Shown: positions 8,453 to 21,668, counted from the first letter of the stretch. The stretch is DNA of 64,000 bases from Bacilli bacterium (GCA_040396875.1 JBBAWZ010000005.1:2552-66551), one strand, 5' to 3'. Notes: a model not told the origin generated them from the letters alone. A program made the numbers and translations.

Positions 8453-9850
8453 ATGATTTCTAAGAAGTTAGCGAGCGCATTGCTTCTTGAAGCAACCGCA
8501 TTTGGAGCAGATTTTGCTGAAGTTTATTTAGAAGATACCTTAAGTTCTAACGTCTCCATGGAAAATGGGAAGATTGAAGAACGTGTATCGACGAATGGTT
8601 TTGGTGTTGGTATTCGTGTCTTAAAAGGATTACAAAGTGCCTATGGATATACATCAGACCTTTCAAAAAAGAGTTTAACGAAGTTAGCCCAAGATGTGGC
8701 AAAAGCTTTTTCAGGTCCGCGTGTATTAACCCCGGCACCTTTAGAAAAAGTAAAAGTGAAAGAAATCACTAACTTATCATCGCAACCAATGGAAACCATT
8801 TCGGTCAAACAAAAAATTGATTTACTAAAAATGGTGAATGATACCATGGCTAGTTTTGATAAGCGAATTGTTAGAACCAATGTATACCTTTCAGATATGG
8901 TCAAACAAGTCACAATCTTTAACACATTGGGTCGATATGTTGAAGATACTCGTCGCCGCGCAAGACTCTATATGATCGCGGTTGCTGCAGAAAATGGAAA
9001 GATTGAAAATTTCGGTGAAGGTCCAGGTGCAAGTGACGGATTTGATTTCTTTACGACAAAAATTAAATTAAAAGAAATGGCAATTGAAACTGCCAAGAGC
9101 GCCATCTCATTACTCGGAGCCGCAGAATGCCCATCCGGTAAGATGCCTGTTGTGATTGGTAATGGTTTTGGTGGGGTTATTTTCCACGAAGCGTGTGGTC
9201 ACCCATTTGAAGCCTCATCAGTCTCGAAAAAACTTTCTGTCTTTTGGGATAAACTTGGTAAACAAGTGGCAAATCCCATCGTCAACGCTGTTGATGATGG
9301 CACCATTCCATTTGGTTGGGGTTCAACGAACGTTGATGACGAAGGTTTCCCAGCACAAAAAGTACAATTAATTAAAAATGGTGTTTTAAATAGTTTCATG
9401 ATTGATCAATTTAATGGTCGTCGGATGAAAGCCGAACAAAACGGTCACTCAAGAAGACAAAATTATAAATTTGAACCAACCTCACGGATGACCAATACCT
9501 ATATTGAAAACGGTCCTCATACAGTCGATCAAATTATTGCAGCGACTCAATATGGTTTATATGCAAAGAAAATGGGTGGGGGTTCTGTGAATCCCGCCAC
9601 TGGTGAATTTAACTTCACTGTTTCAGAAGGCTATATGATTCGAAATGGCAAAATCGCTGAAGCTGTTAAAGGTGCGGCATTGGTTGGTAAGGGTGATGAA
9701 ACCTTAGCAAAGATCGACATGGTCGCCAATGACTTAGCAAGAGCCCAAGGGATGTGTGGTGCTGCTTCTGGTAGCATCCCAACCGATGTGGGTCAACCAA
9801 CCATACGCGTGACCGAAATCACCGTTGGTGGTCGTCGAGGAGGACAATAA
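8453..9850 (+). CDS. tldD: TldD family metalloprotease
   Basis: IFHEACGHPFE (HExxxH) motif and overall TldD-like sequence. GGAGG RBS. Confidence 0.9.
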   Translation: MISKKLASALLLEATAFGADFAEVYLEDTLSSNVSMENGKIEERVSTNGFGVGIRVLKGLQSAYGYTSDLSKKSLTKLAQDVAKAFSGPRVLTPAPLEKVKVKEITNLSSQPMETISVKQKIDLLKMVNDTMASFDKRIVRTNVYLSDMVKQVTIFNTLGRYVEDTRRRARLYMIAVAAENGKIENFGEGPGASDGFDFFTTKIKLKEMAIETAKSAISLLGAAECPSGKMPVVIGNGFGGVIFHEACGHPFEASSVSKKLSVFWDKLGKQVANPIVNAVDDGTIPFGWGSTNVDDEGFPAQKVQLIKNGVLNSFMIDQFNGRRMKAEQNGHSRRQNYKFEPTSRMTNTYIENGPHTVDQIIAATQYGLYAKKMGGGSVNPATGEFNFTVSEGYMIRNGKIAEAVKGAALVGKGDETLAKIDMVANDLARAQGMCGAASGSIPTDVGQPTIRVTEITVGGRRGGQ

Positions 9851-9851
9851 C

Positions 9852-11177
9852 ATGGCAAGGTTTGATGCATATTTTGCGTTAGCAAAAGAAAAAGGTGTTG
9901 AAGTTTTAGAACTTTATTACTCACGTGCAAAGTCTTTAAGTTTTAAATTATATAATGCTCAAATTGAAGGTTATAAGCTTTCCGAAGATATCTCACTCTA
10001 TGCCCGTGGTATTTACAAAGGTAAGATTGGATATGCTTCTACTGAAAAAATGGGTAAGGAAACGCCAGCATTCTTAATTAATGAAATTATGACCAATGCG
10101 GGAACCGTCACCAAAGATGAATTAGCGATTATCTTTAAGGGTTCAGATAAATATAAAAAGAAAAAAGTCTATAACCCAGCCATCGCCGAACTTTCGATTG
10201 ATGTGAAAAAGAAAAACTTATTTGAAATTGAACGTAAATTAAAAGCCGCAGATAAGCGAATTGCCCAAGTTGATGCTTGCAGCTATCAAGAACGTGAATC
10301 AGAAGCGATGTTACTTAACTCCTATGGCCTCCAACTCAAGCGTAAGAGTAACTACTATTATTACTATGCTGGTGTCCTTGCAATCCAAGGTGAAGAACGT
10401 AAGAGCGAAGGCGATGTGCACTTCTCAAATGATCCAACCACTTTTAATGTGGACAAATTTGTGAATAAAATTGTTGGTAAAGCTTTAATCAAATTTGGTG
10501 GTACACAATGTGCTTCTAAAGATTACAAAACGATTTTAGATAAAGAAGTTGTCGCTGATTTACTGTCAGCCTATTTAGACAATGCATCTGCAGATGAAGT
10601 CCAAAAGAAAACATCGTTAATGATTGGTAAACTCAATCAACCCGTGGCAAGTAAAAAAGTCACCGTTATGGAAATGCCTCTAAAGAAAAATGCTTTCTTT
10701 ACGTATTTTGATGATGAAGGTGTGGCGACATACAACAAAACAGTTGTCAAAAAAGGTGTCTTACAAACTTATTTCCACAACTTGAACACAGCTCATAAAG
10801 ATGGTGTACAAACCACAGGAAACGGTTACCGCTCAGGTGGTAAAGTTGGCATTGGTTTCCAAAACATCGTCTTAAAAGCCGGAAGAAAATCACTTGATGA
10901 ACTCTTTGCAAAAATTGGCGAAGGGGTTTATATCACGGAAGTCATGGGTGTTCATGCTAGTTTAAATCCAACCTCAGGAAACTTCTCCTTACAAGCGAAT
11001 GGTTTCATGATTGAAAACGGAAAGCGCAGCACCCCATTAACGTTAATTACCGTTGCCGGTAACTTAATGGATATGTTTATGAACGTTAAAGAAGTCGCCA
11101 GTGATAATGAATTATTATCCTCTGGTTACGACGTACCAAGCTTATTCATTAAAAAACTTACCGTTTCCGGTAAGTAA
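9852..11177 (+). CDS. pmbA: PmbA/TldE family protease partner
   Basis: TldD paralog lacking the HExxxH motif, placed immediately after tldD. Start trimmed to MARFDAYF, preceded by AGGAGG. Confidence 0.88.
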   Translation: MARFDAYFALAKEKGVEVLELYYSRAKSLSFKLYNAQIEGYKLSEDISLYARGIYKGKIGYASTEKMGKETPAFLINEIMTNAGTVTKDELAIIFKGSDKYKKKKVYNPAIAELSIDVKKKNLFEIERKLKAADKRIAQVDACSYQERESEAMLLNSYGLQLKRKSNYYYYYAGVLAIQGEERKSEGDVHFSNDPTTFNVDKFVNKIVGKALIKFGGTQCASKDYKTILDKEVVADLLSAYLDNASADEVQKKTSLMIGKLNQPVASKKVTVMEMPLKKNAFFTYFDDEGVATYNKTVVKKGVLQTYFHNLNTAHKDGVQTTGNGYRSGGKVGIGFQNIVLKAGRKSLDELFAKIGEGVYITEVMGVHASLNPTSGNFSLQANGFMIENGKRSTPLTLITVAGNLMDMFMNVKEVASDNELLSSGYDVPSLFIKKLTVSGK

Positions 11178-11199
11178 ACGAAACCAACAGGATGCTATC

Positions 11200-11232
11200 A
11201 ACCAACCTATTCTTTCTTAGGTTGGTTTTTTC
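11200..11232 (+). terminator. Rho-independent terminator after pmbA, overlapping the 3' end of the convergent gene
   Basis: AACCAACCTA-ttctttct-TAGGTTGGTT followed by TTTTT. Confidence 0.7.
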
Positions 11233-11518
11233 TTTGGTTCAAAAGATAGATCATCAAAAATGAAACAAGTGTGGAGAATCCACTGCCGATGACGGAATAA
11301 ATGATAAGAACAATTCCGATTAAATCGCCCCAACTACCAGGTGTTTGTGAAGCAGAGACCATGATAATTAACGCAAATGTTACACCTAACATTAGGATTC
11401 CGAGATTGGGAAGAAGAGAAAGGACTAATTTTTTTGTTGTTTTATAAATTCGATAAACTAAAAATTGAACACCAACAAATAACCCGACCGCAATGAGTAA
11501 ACCTAATAAGTCTTCCAT
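11207..11518 (-). CDS. Small 3-TM membrane protein (paralog of the next gene)
   Basis: 103 aa and hydrophobic. It shares the NLxxLxxGV...PGSW...LxxY pattern with 11536-11844. Confidence 0.7.
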   Translation of the reverse strand: MEDLLGLLIAVGLFVGVQFLVYRIYKTTKKLVLSLLPNLGILMLGVTFALIIMVSASQTPGSWGDLIGIVLIIYSVIGSGFSTLVSFLMIYLLNQRKNQPKKE

Positions 11519-11535
11519 TGATCATATCTCCTTTA

Positions 11536-11844
11536 TTATTTTTTACTTGTTGGTTTAAGGATAACATACATTAATAATGAGGCACCGCTTGAGATGAGTG
11601 TCGTAATCACGGTGACCATTAATAAAATAATGAATCCTAATCCCGCCCAACTACCTGGTTCACCTTGCGCGACAATCAATCCAATCACAGAGAACAAAAC
11701 GCCAACACCTAAGAGAATAAGATTACCAAACAAAACAAATTTGAATTGGTATGTTTTCTTCAAACGAAGGTAAATGAACGTTTGGGTGATGGCAATTAAA
11801 ATACCAGGAGCAAGAAAAGGAATAAAGTTTTGAATAATGGACAT
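11536..11844 (-). CDS. Small 3-TM membrane protein (paralog of the previous gene)
   Basis: 102 aa with an EPGSWAGLG motif. GGGAG RBS. Confidence 0.7.
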   Translation of the reverse strand: MSIIQNFIPFLAPGILIAITQTFIYLRLKKTYQFKFVLFGNLILLGVGVLFSVIGLIVAQGEPGSWAGLGFIILLMVTVITTLISSGASLLMYVILKPTSKK

Positions 11845-11879
11845 AGATTCAACTCCCTGTAATGAAAATTATAAACGAA

Positions 11880-12980
11880 TTAAGAAAATCGCCAAGAAGG
11901 ATTTTTCTTCTTCACTAACTTTAATACTCGATTAAACAATATCGATTCAGCAGCTTTTCTGCCTGATTCATGAATCCTTTTGATGGAAATGTTTTGTCTT
12001 TCGAAAGTGTAGCTCGCTTCTGAATAGGATTCTTCAATCATGCCTGCAACGTATAAATACGTGCTGAGGGTGATCATATTCGTATCATTACTTAAATATT
12101 TTCGTTGTTTGGAATCAAGTTTGTAATAGTGAGTTTTTGCGGCTGTGGGTTTGGCTTTCATAAAATAGATAAAGGTTTGAAGCATCAAGATTTTTTGTTG
12201 AAGGGTTTCACCAAGACGGGGTGAAGTTGAAACAAACTTTAAATCTTTTTCTGCGGTTTGATAATCTTCATCAACAAGGGCTTGATAAATTTTATGAAAA
12301 TAAATTTGAATGGTTAGGTTGTTAAGCTCTTTACCAACCTGAAATGGTTGTGGGTCTTTGCCTTCTTTATAGGCTTTTTCAATGCGTTGTAGTTCAACAT
12401 AGGCAACGTTACCTTGGGTTGTGGTGAGGGTTGCTAATCGATAGCCATCGGTGACAGTATCGAGTTTAAAGGGCATAAAATTATAAATCATTAACATACC
12501 ACCAACCGCTACAACCACAATGGACGCGTATCGACCCCATTGAAGTTCGTTGAAGAAAAGATATGCAATCAATAAAGCGAGAACGATTTCGATCAGATAA
12601 ACAATTAAACCACCCCATAAAAATAATCGAGGTCTAATTTTTTTTGCTTTGGGTATGACGGTGGTTTCACCCGTTAATCCTTCATATGGTTGAAAGCGTA
12701 AGCGAAAACCATCTTTGGTTCTCACAAAGGCTAAACCTAAAAAGTTTACCGTGTTAATGGCATAACCACCCGCGAGCGCTCCTAAGATGTGACCTACTTC
12801 TAGAGAAATGACATTGATGATAAATGCTCCAAAGATGGTAACAATCGCATAACCATATTGAGAAATGCCGTTAATGCCAAGGGTGGTAAAGGCTGGAGCA
12901 ATGATGTTAACACCAACAAAAATTGCAATAGCAATCATCACACCATACACAATCAACGTGAGTAATTCTTCTTTTTTCAT
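11880..12980 (-). CDS. M50 (site-2 protease)-like membrane protein with a degenerate HExxH and a helical-repeat C-terminal domain
   Basis: SLEVGHILGALAGGY aligns to the M50 HExGHxxxA motif but has Leu in place of the first His. NFMPFKLDTVTDGYR aligns to the NxxPxxxLDG motif. The protein has multiple TM helices. Confidence 0.7.
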   Translation of the reverse strand: MKKEELLTLIVYGVMIAIAIFVGVNIIAPAFTTLGINGISQYGYAIVTIFGAFIINVISLEVGHILGALAGGYAINTVNFLGLAFVRTKDGFRLRFQPYEGLTGETTVIPKAKKIRPRLFLWGGLIVYLIEIVLALLIAYLFFNELQWGRYASIVVVAVGGMLMIYNFMPFKLDTVTDGYRLATLTTTQGNVAYVELQRIEKAYKEGKDPQPFQVGKELNNLTIQIYFHKIYQALVDEDYQTAEKDLKFVSTSPRLGETLQQKILMLQTFIYFMKAKPTAAKTHYYKLDSKQRKYLSNDTNMITLSTYLYVAGMIEESYSEASYTFERQNISIKRIHESGRKAAESILFNRVLKLVKKKNPSWRFS

Positions 12981-13004
12981 TTTTATTATTTTAACACTTT
13001 CAAT

Positions 13005-14039
13005 TTATGGAGTGATAGAGCTGGGTTGCCACAATTGATAATGTTGTTCAATGTCTTCCCACACGAGTCCTCGTAATGTTGCTTGCAATTCATAGTTTTC
13101 GGCTGCGGTTTCAAACGTACTACCAAGATAAACCTGGAGTTTGAATGTATATTCACCTTCAGCAAGTTTACGAATCGTAAGCGTGCGATTGGTTAATGAG
13201 ACATCACCGTGAAAAGGAAATCCAAAGGGTGCTTCGTTGCGTTCGAACGCGCTCCATTGTTGGAGAAATGTGGTCATTGGACCCATGGTGAGTGCGTGTT
13301 TAAAATTGTCTTGTGTACGAATGGTTTCAAACTTTTGATCTTGTGCACCAAAGAAACCACTCGGATAGGTTTCGTCACGAATTTCATAAATTGTCGTCGC
13401 ATCAGCATAAAGTTGATAGGAAACATCAACAGGAATTGTGATTTCTGTTTGAAAGGTTTTGTTCTTCTGCCATTGTCCCAATGTTACAAAGTTAGGATAT
13501 CGAAACAAGGTTGAGTTTTCTTCTTCAACAAAATTATTGAACCAGTAATAATCAGATCCAAAATAAACATGACTTAAGTCACGATGTTTACGCGTTACTT
13601 GAACTTGATTAAACCGTTCATCGCTTATTTGTAAGCTTTCTAACACCGTCAACGCTGCTTGATCTTCAATGGTTTGATAAAGGTCTAGAGAGGATAACGT
13701 TGAAGGAATGGTTGGTGTTTGGTTGGAAAAACTAATGACTTGGTTTTCAAAATTGCCTTCAACCGCGTCTAGAACCGCATATGGGGTTACAACATTTTCG
13801 ATGGTAGGAAAATTAAATTCAGATAGGGGTAACTCACTTAAAGGTGACAATTCAACAGTTTGATAACTGGTTTGTATCATGGTTTCTCTTAAGATGGTTC
13901 TTCCATTAATAGAGGGGTTAAAATCTTCGTTTGGAATGGGAATAGAGGACACTGGGCTTGAATTCATGCTTGAAGAATTGGTTTGTCTACAACCACTTAA
14001 AACAAGAAAGATAATGGGTAAATATAGCTTTTTATTCAT
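13005..14039 (-). CDS. Putative lipoprotein, unknown function
   Basis: MNKKLYLPIIFLVLSGC lipobox followed by a Ser-rich linker. The start overlaps the tadA stop by 8 nt. Confidence 0.8.
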   Translation of the reverse strand: MNKKLYLPIIFLVLSGCRQTNSSSMNSSPVSSIPIPNEDFNPSINGRTILRETMIQTSYQTVELSPLSELPLSEFNFPTIENVVTPYAVLDAVEGNFENQVISFSNQTPTIPSTLSSLDLYQTIEDQAALTVLESLQISDERFNQVQVTRKHRDLSHVYFGSDYYWFNNFVEEENSTLFRYPNFVTLGQWQKNKTFQTEITIPVDVSYQLYADATTIYEIRDETYPSGFFGAQDQKFETIRTQDNFKHALTMGPMTTFLQQWSAFERNEAPFGFPFHGDVSLTNRTLTIRKLAEGEYTFKLQVYLGSTFETAAENYELQATLRGLVWEDIEQHYQLWQPSSITP

Positions 14040-14517
14040 GTCGTTTCTTTTGAAAATATTGTTTTAATAATGTTTGGGACTCAAGGGATAAAACATCTGA
14101 TTGAATGATCGGTTGGTGTTGTAATCGAGGAATTTTGTGTATGTGTAATTGTGATTCGATTGCACCACTTTTTTCGTCTTTTACTGCATACACGATTCGA
14201 TCAATCCGACTTTGAATCAGTGCGCCCGTACACATCATGCATGGTTCTAAGGTGACATAAAGTGTGCACCCTTGTAATCGCCAGCTTTGAAGGTGTTGAC
14301 TCGCTTCTGCCATCGCGATTAATTCGGCGTGTGATGTAACATTCTTTTGTTTTTCTTTAAGATTGTGACCGCGACCAATGATGTTGTTTTGATAGACGAC
14401 AATTGCACCAACAGGCACTTCATCGATGTCAAAAGCAAGCTTGGCTTCCGCCAACGCTTCATTCATCCAGTGTTCGTCACTGAATGGAGTGGATGATGGC
14501 TTATTTTTGTTTGCCAA
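14032..14517 (-). CDS. tadA: tRNA adenosine(34) deaminase
   Basis: HAELIAM and PCMMCTGAL (CMP/dCMP deaminase zinc motifs). Confidence 0.92.
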   Translation of the reverse strand: MANKNKPSSTPFSDEHWMNEALAEAKLAFDIDEVPVGAIVVYQNNIIGRGHNLKEKQKNVTSHAELIAMAEASQHLQSWRLQGCTLYVTLEPCMMCTGALIQSRIDRIVYAVKDEKSGAIESQLHIHKIPRLQHQPIIQSDVLSLESQTLLKQYFQKKRHE

Positions 14518-15781
14518 TGACCGTTAAACCGCCCATCCAAGGAACAAGGACATCGGGGATTTTCACATCGCCATTCGCTAATTGATATTGTTCTAAAATT
14601 GCAGGTACAATCCGCGAGGTCGCAAGAGCTGACGCATTGAGGGTGTGAGCAAATTTTGTTTTTTGGGTGAGAGGATCTTTATAACGAATCTTACCTCTTC
14701 TAGCTTGATAATCGCGAGCATTTGAAACCGAAGAAACTTCTTTATAAATATTTAAGGAAGGAATGTAGACTTCGATATCGTAGGTTCTTGCCATCGAATG
14801 AGAACAATCACCAGCAGCAAGTTTAGAAACACGGAAGTGTAAACCAAGTTTTTCCACTAAGGAAGAAGCTTTGGCGACTAATTCAAGGAACATCGCTGGG
14901 CTTTGTTCTTCTCGTGTATATTGAACAAGTTCAACTTTGTTAAATTGGTAACCACGAATCATCCCTCGTTCTTCGCTTCGGTAACTACCAGCCTCATACC
15001 GGTAGCAGGGTGTATAGGCAAAATATTTCTTTGGTAATTGGGAACCTTCTAAAATTTCATCACGGTGAAGATTAACTAAACCGGTTTCAGCGGTCGGTAA
15101 TAAAAATTTTTCTGGTTCTGTTTTCTTTAACCAAAAAACATCATCTTTAAATTTGGGAAATTGACCTGCAGTTAAGCCGGATTCATAGTTTAATAAGTGT
15201 GGTAAAAGCACCATTTCATAACCATCTTTAAGGTGTTCACTCATGAAAAAGTTAAGCAATGCCCATTCTAGTTGAGCTCCCAAACCGCGATAAATCCAAG
15301 TACCTGCACCCGATATTTTTGCAGCACGTTGGTAATCAATGATGCCTAGGTGTTCTGCAATCTCAACATGATCTTTAATTTTAAATGTGAATTTGGGTTG
15401 TTTACCAACAATACGAATGGCTTCGTTGTTTTCCTTGCCACCTTCTTTAAGATCTTCGTCTGGGAGGTTTGGTAACTCAAGTAAAAAGTTTTCAATTTTA
15501 ATTTCTAAAGCTTTTAGTTCTTGTTCTTTTCCTTGAATCGATTGATTGAGTTGTTTGACTTGTGAAAAAATGGCTTGGACATCACGGCCTGCCTTTTTCG
15601 CTTCAGGAACAGAGGCAGAAAGTTTATTGGCTTCAGCTTTGACTTGTTCGACGTCTAATAGTAATTGTTTACGCAATTGAGCGTCTTGAAGTAAACCATC
15701 AAAGTTGACGGTGAAGCCTTTTTTTGCAAGTAATGAAACAACTTTTTGTGTTTGATCTTTGATGAGTTGGAAATCAAGCAT
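14501..15781 (-). CDS. serS: Seryl-tRNA synthetase
   Basis: N-terminal coiled-coil arm followed by a class II core (FRSEERG-like YRSEERGMIRGYQFNKVE, GLATSRIV-like ALATSRIVPAILE). Confidence 0.95.
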   Translation of the reverse strand: MLDFQLIKDQTQKVVSLLAKKGFTVNFDGLLQDAQLRKQLLLDVEQVKAEANKLSASVPEAKKAGRDVQAIFSQVKQLNQSIQGKEQELKALEIKIENFLLELPNLPDEDLKEGGKENNEAIRIVGKQPKFTFKIKDHVEIAEHLGIIDYQRAAKISGAGTWIYRGLGAQLEWALLNFFMSEHLKDGYEMVLLPHLLNYESGLTAGQFPKFKDDVFWLKKTEPEKFLLPTAETGLVNLHRDEILEGSQLPKKYFAYTPCYRYEAGSYRSEERGMIRGYQFNKVELVQYTREEQSPAMFLELVAKASSLVEKLGLHFRVSKLAAGDCSHSMARTYDIEVYIPSLNIYKEVSSVSNARDYQARRGKIRYKDPLTQKTKFAHTLNASALATSRIVPAILEQYQLANGDVKIPDVLVPWMGGLTVIGKQK

Positions 15782-15784
15782 AGA

Positions 15785-18355
15785 CTAGGCCTCCGCTTCT
15801 TCGTCGTCATCCCCTTCATCTGTATCTGGGGTTTCTGGTTCATTAGGATTATCGAGTTCAACGGTTTCAACTTCTTCAGTTGGTTCTTCTAGACTTGGTT
15901 CGACTATCGCAATCGAAGAAACAAATTCTTTTTCCCCTAAACGAATTAATCGCACACCTTGTGTGGATCTAGCAATGACGCGAACTTGTGTTAAGGAAAT
16001 ACGGATGATAACACCCGCTTTGGTGACCACTAATAAATCTTCATCACCATTCGCTGCTTTTAAGGCAATGAGGTTTCCGTTTTTATCGGAAGCTTTAATT
16101 GTGTTTACACCTTTCGCACCGCGCTTGGTTTGACGATATTCTTCAAAGGCTGTCATCTTTCCAAACCCTTTATTGGTAACAACAAGAATATATTTACCTT
16201 CTGAAGTTGTGGAGACACCAATTACTTTGGCACCTTCAGCTAACTTCATACCGCGTACACCTGCAGCCGTTCTTCCCATATCGCGGACATCACCTTCTGG
16301 GAATGTCACCATCTTACCGGTTGACGAAGCAAGACTGATTAACAAGGTTCCTGTGGTTTGTTTGACATCAAGGAGCATATCGCCTTCTCGTAATGAAATG
16401 GCAATCTTACCGTTTTGACGGATCGATTCAAATTCTTTAATTTCTGTGCGTTTGACAACACCTTTTTCAGTGATAAAGAATAAGTAGTGACCTTGGGTGT
16501 ATTCATCAACAGAAATAATGGATTTAATCGTTTCTTGTTTTTCTAAACTTAATAAGTTCACAACTGGAATGCCTTTGGCAGTTCTGGCAAATTCAGGAAT
16601 TTGATAACCGCGTAAGCGATATACTTTTCCTAAATTTGAGAAGAATAAAATATCAGTGTGGGTTCTAGCGTTCACGATAATCGACACAATGTCGTTTTCA
16701 TTTAAACCCGCACCTTTGACACCGCGACCACCTCGGTTTTGTGTACGGAACACTTCTGGTAATTGTCGTTTGATGTAACCATTTTGTGTCATCGTAATCA
16801 CAATATTGGTTTCTGGGATGAGATCTTCATCTTCGATGGATGAGAGATTATCAGAAATGTCGGTCATGCGATTGTCACCAAATTTATCGGCAATCACATC
16901 CAAATCAGTGAGAATGACATCAATCACCATTTGACGATTTCCAAGAAGTTGTTTGTAATACGCAATATTCTTTTCGAGTTGTAATTTTTCGTCTTCTAGT
17001 TTTTGCTTTTCTAATCCCGTTAAACGTCTCAGTGGCATATCCACGATTTCTTTAGTTTGTCTTTCGGATAGATTAAAACGTTTTGCAAGTGTGGTTCTTG
17101 CGACATCAATGTTGGCAGACTTCTTTAAAATATCGACAATCGCGTCGATATTATTAATGGCAACTAAATAACCATTGACGATATGAATGCGGTCTTCGGC
17201 CTTGGTTAATTGATAACGTGTTCTTCTTTCCACGACTTCAATTTGGTGATCAAGATAATGTTGAATCATCGACTTTAGAGATAGAACTTTGGGTTGACCA
17301 TTCACGAGAGCGAGATTAATAATCCCAAAACTCACTTGAAGTTGGGTGTGTTTATAAAGTTGATTCAATAACACTTCAGGAATAATATCCCGACGAACTT
17401 CAATGACAACGCGAATTCCGTTTTTATTAGATTCATCGCGAATATCGGTGATGCCTTCAATGACTTTATTTCTCACTAAATCAGCGATGGTTTCAATCAT
17501 CGAGGCTTTATTTACTTGGTAAGGAATTTCTTTGACGATAATGCGCTTCTTACCATTTTCAAATTCTTGAATATCCACTTTAGAACGAATCACAAGTGAA
17601 CCAGTTCCGGATTCATAAGCTTGACGAATACCGGCTTTACCAAGGATCATCCCGCCCGTTGGGAAGTCAGGACCTTGGATATGATCTTGCATTAACTCTA
17701 AAACATCAATATTAGGATTTTTGGAGTAAGCTTTAATCGCACTGACGACTTCTCTTAGATTGTGGGTTGGCATATTCGTCGCCATCCCAACGGCAATACC
17801 TGATCCACCATTCACTAGTAAATTAGGAAAACGGGAAGGTAAAACAACGGGTTCTTTTTCAGTGCCGTCATAGTTATCGACAAAATCGACTGTTTCATCA
17901 TCGATGTCTTTAACCATTTCCATCGCCATCTTCGCCATTCTTGCTTCGGTATAACGCATCGCGGCCGCTTCATCACCGTCGACTGAACCAAAGTTACCAT
18001 GACCATCAACAAGCGTATAACGCATGGAGAAGGGTTGTGCTAAACGCACAAGGGTAGAATAGATTGCTTGGTCACCATGAGGGTGAAATTTACCCATCAC
18101 GTCACCAACGATACGAGCTGATTTCTTATAAGGTTTGTCGGATTGCATCCCTAATTCGTTCATCCCAAAAATAATCCGGCGATGCACAGGTTTTAAACCA
18201 TCACGCACATCAGGGATTGCACGAGAGACAATGACGGACATCGAGTAGTCTAAAAAAGCAGTCCGTACTTCGTTAGAAATATCGACGTCTTTTAAACCGG
18301 CTTCAATCCCTTCTTGGATGACACCTTCAACTTTTGGATCTTTATTATCTGCCAT
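15785..18355 (-). CDS. gyrA: DNA gyrase subunit A
   Basis: DGLKPVHRRI, AAMRYTE (catalytic Tyr region), a beta-pinwheel C-terminal domain and an acidic tail. Confidence 0.97.
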   Translation of the reverse strand: MADNKDPKVEGVIQEGIEAGLKDVDISNEVRTAFLDYSMSVIVSRAIPDVRDGLKPVHRRIIFGMNELGMQSDKPYKKSARIVGDVMGKFHPHGDQAIYSTLVRLAQPFSMRYTLVDGHGNFGSVDGDEAAAMRYTEARMAKMAMEMVKDIDDETVDFVDNYDGTEKEPVVLPSRFPNLLVNGGSGIAVGMATNMPTHNLREVVSAIKAYSKNPNIDVLELMQDHIQGPDFPTGGMILGKAGIRQAYESGTGSLVIRSKVDIQEFENGKKRIIVKEIPYQVNKASMIETIADLVRNKVIEGITDIRDESNKNGIRVVIEVRRDIIPEVLLNQLYKHTQLQVSFGIINLALVNGQPKVLSLKSMIQHYLDHQIEVVERRTRYQLTKAEDRIHIVNGYLVAINNIDAIVDILKKSANIDVARTTLAKRFNLSERQTKEIVDMPLRRLTGLEKQKLEDEKLQLEKNIAYYKQLLGNRQMVIDVILTDLDVIADKFGDNRMTDISDNLSSIEDEDLIPETNIVITMTQNGYIKRQLPEVFRTQNRGGRGVKGAGLNENDIVSIIVNARTHTDILFFSNLGKVYRLRGYQIPEFARTAKGIPVVNLLSLEKQETIKSIISVDEYTQGHYLFFITEKGVVKRTEIKEFESIRQNGKIAISLREGDMLLDVKQTTGTLLISLASSTGKMVTFPEGDVRDMGRTAAGVRGMKLAEGAKVIGVSTTSEGKYILVVTNKGFGKMTAFEEYRQTKRGAKGVNTIKASDKNGNLIALKAANGDEDLLVVTKAGVIIRISLTQVRVIARSTQGVRLIRLGEKEFVSSIAIVEPSLEEPTEEVETVELDNPNEPETPDTDEGDDDEEAEA

Positions 18356-18366
18356 ACACCTTCTCC

Positions 18367-21412
<3,046 letters not shown>

Positions 21413-21416
<4 letters not shown>

Positions 21417-21643
21417 AAACCTTTGATTGTAATCAGGCGTTTTTGCACCATGATTTGATCCCCAGGATAGAGTTTGCGCCCTCGGCGTTGTTCCGGTTGC
21501 TGGTTAACTTGGATTGGGTTTTGGTTTAAAAATGATTTAATTTGGCCCCCAGTTTCAATCAACCCGATTATCTTCATTAATTGCCCCAATTGGATATACG
21601 GGGTGTGAATGACAATTTCCGATTGAGTCGATTCTTTTTCCAT
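21413..21643 (-). CDS. S4-domain RNA-binding protein (YaaA/RlbA-like)
   Basis: 76 aa, in the conserved dnaN-yaaA-recF position. S4-like basic region (QRRGRKLYPGD). ATGA overlap with recF. Confidence 0.8.
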
Positions 21644-21668
21644 ATTTAAACCTCTATAATTTTACCAT

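Noticed and set aside
14501-15784. I looked for T-box leaders upstream of serS, metG and lysS.
   Set aside because: serS follows gyrA after 3 nt and lysS follows ftsH after 2 nt. metG has only a 60-nt spacer, which is occupied by the rpmE terminator. There is no room for a T-box and no GGUGGUACCGCG-like sequence.
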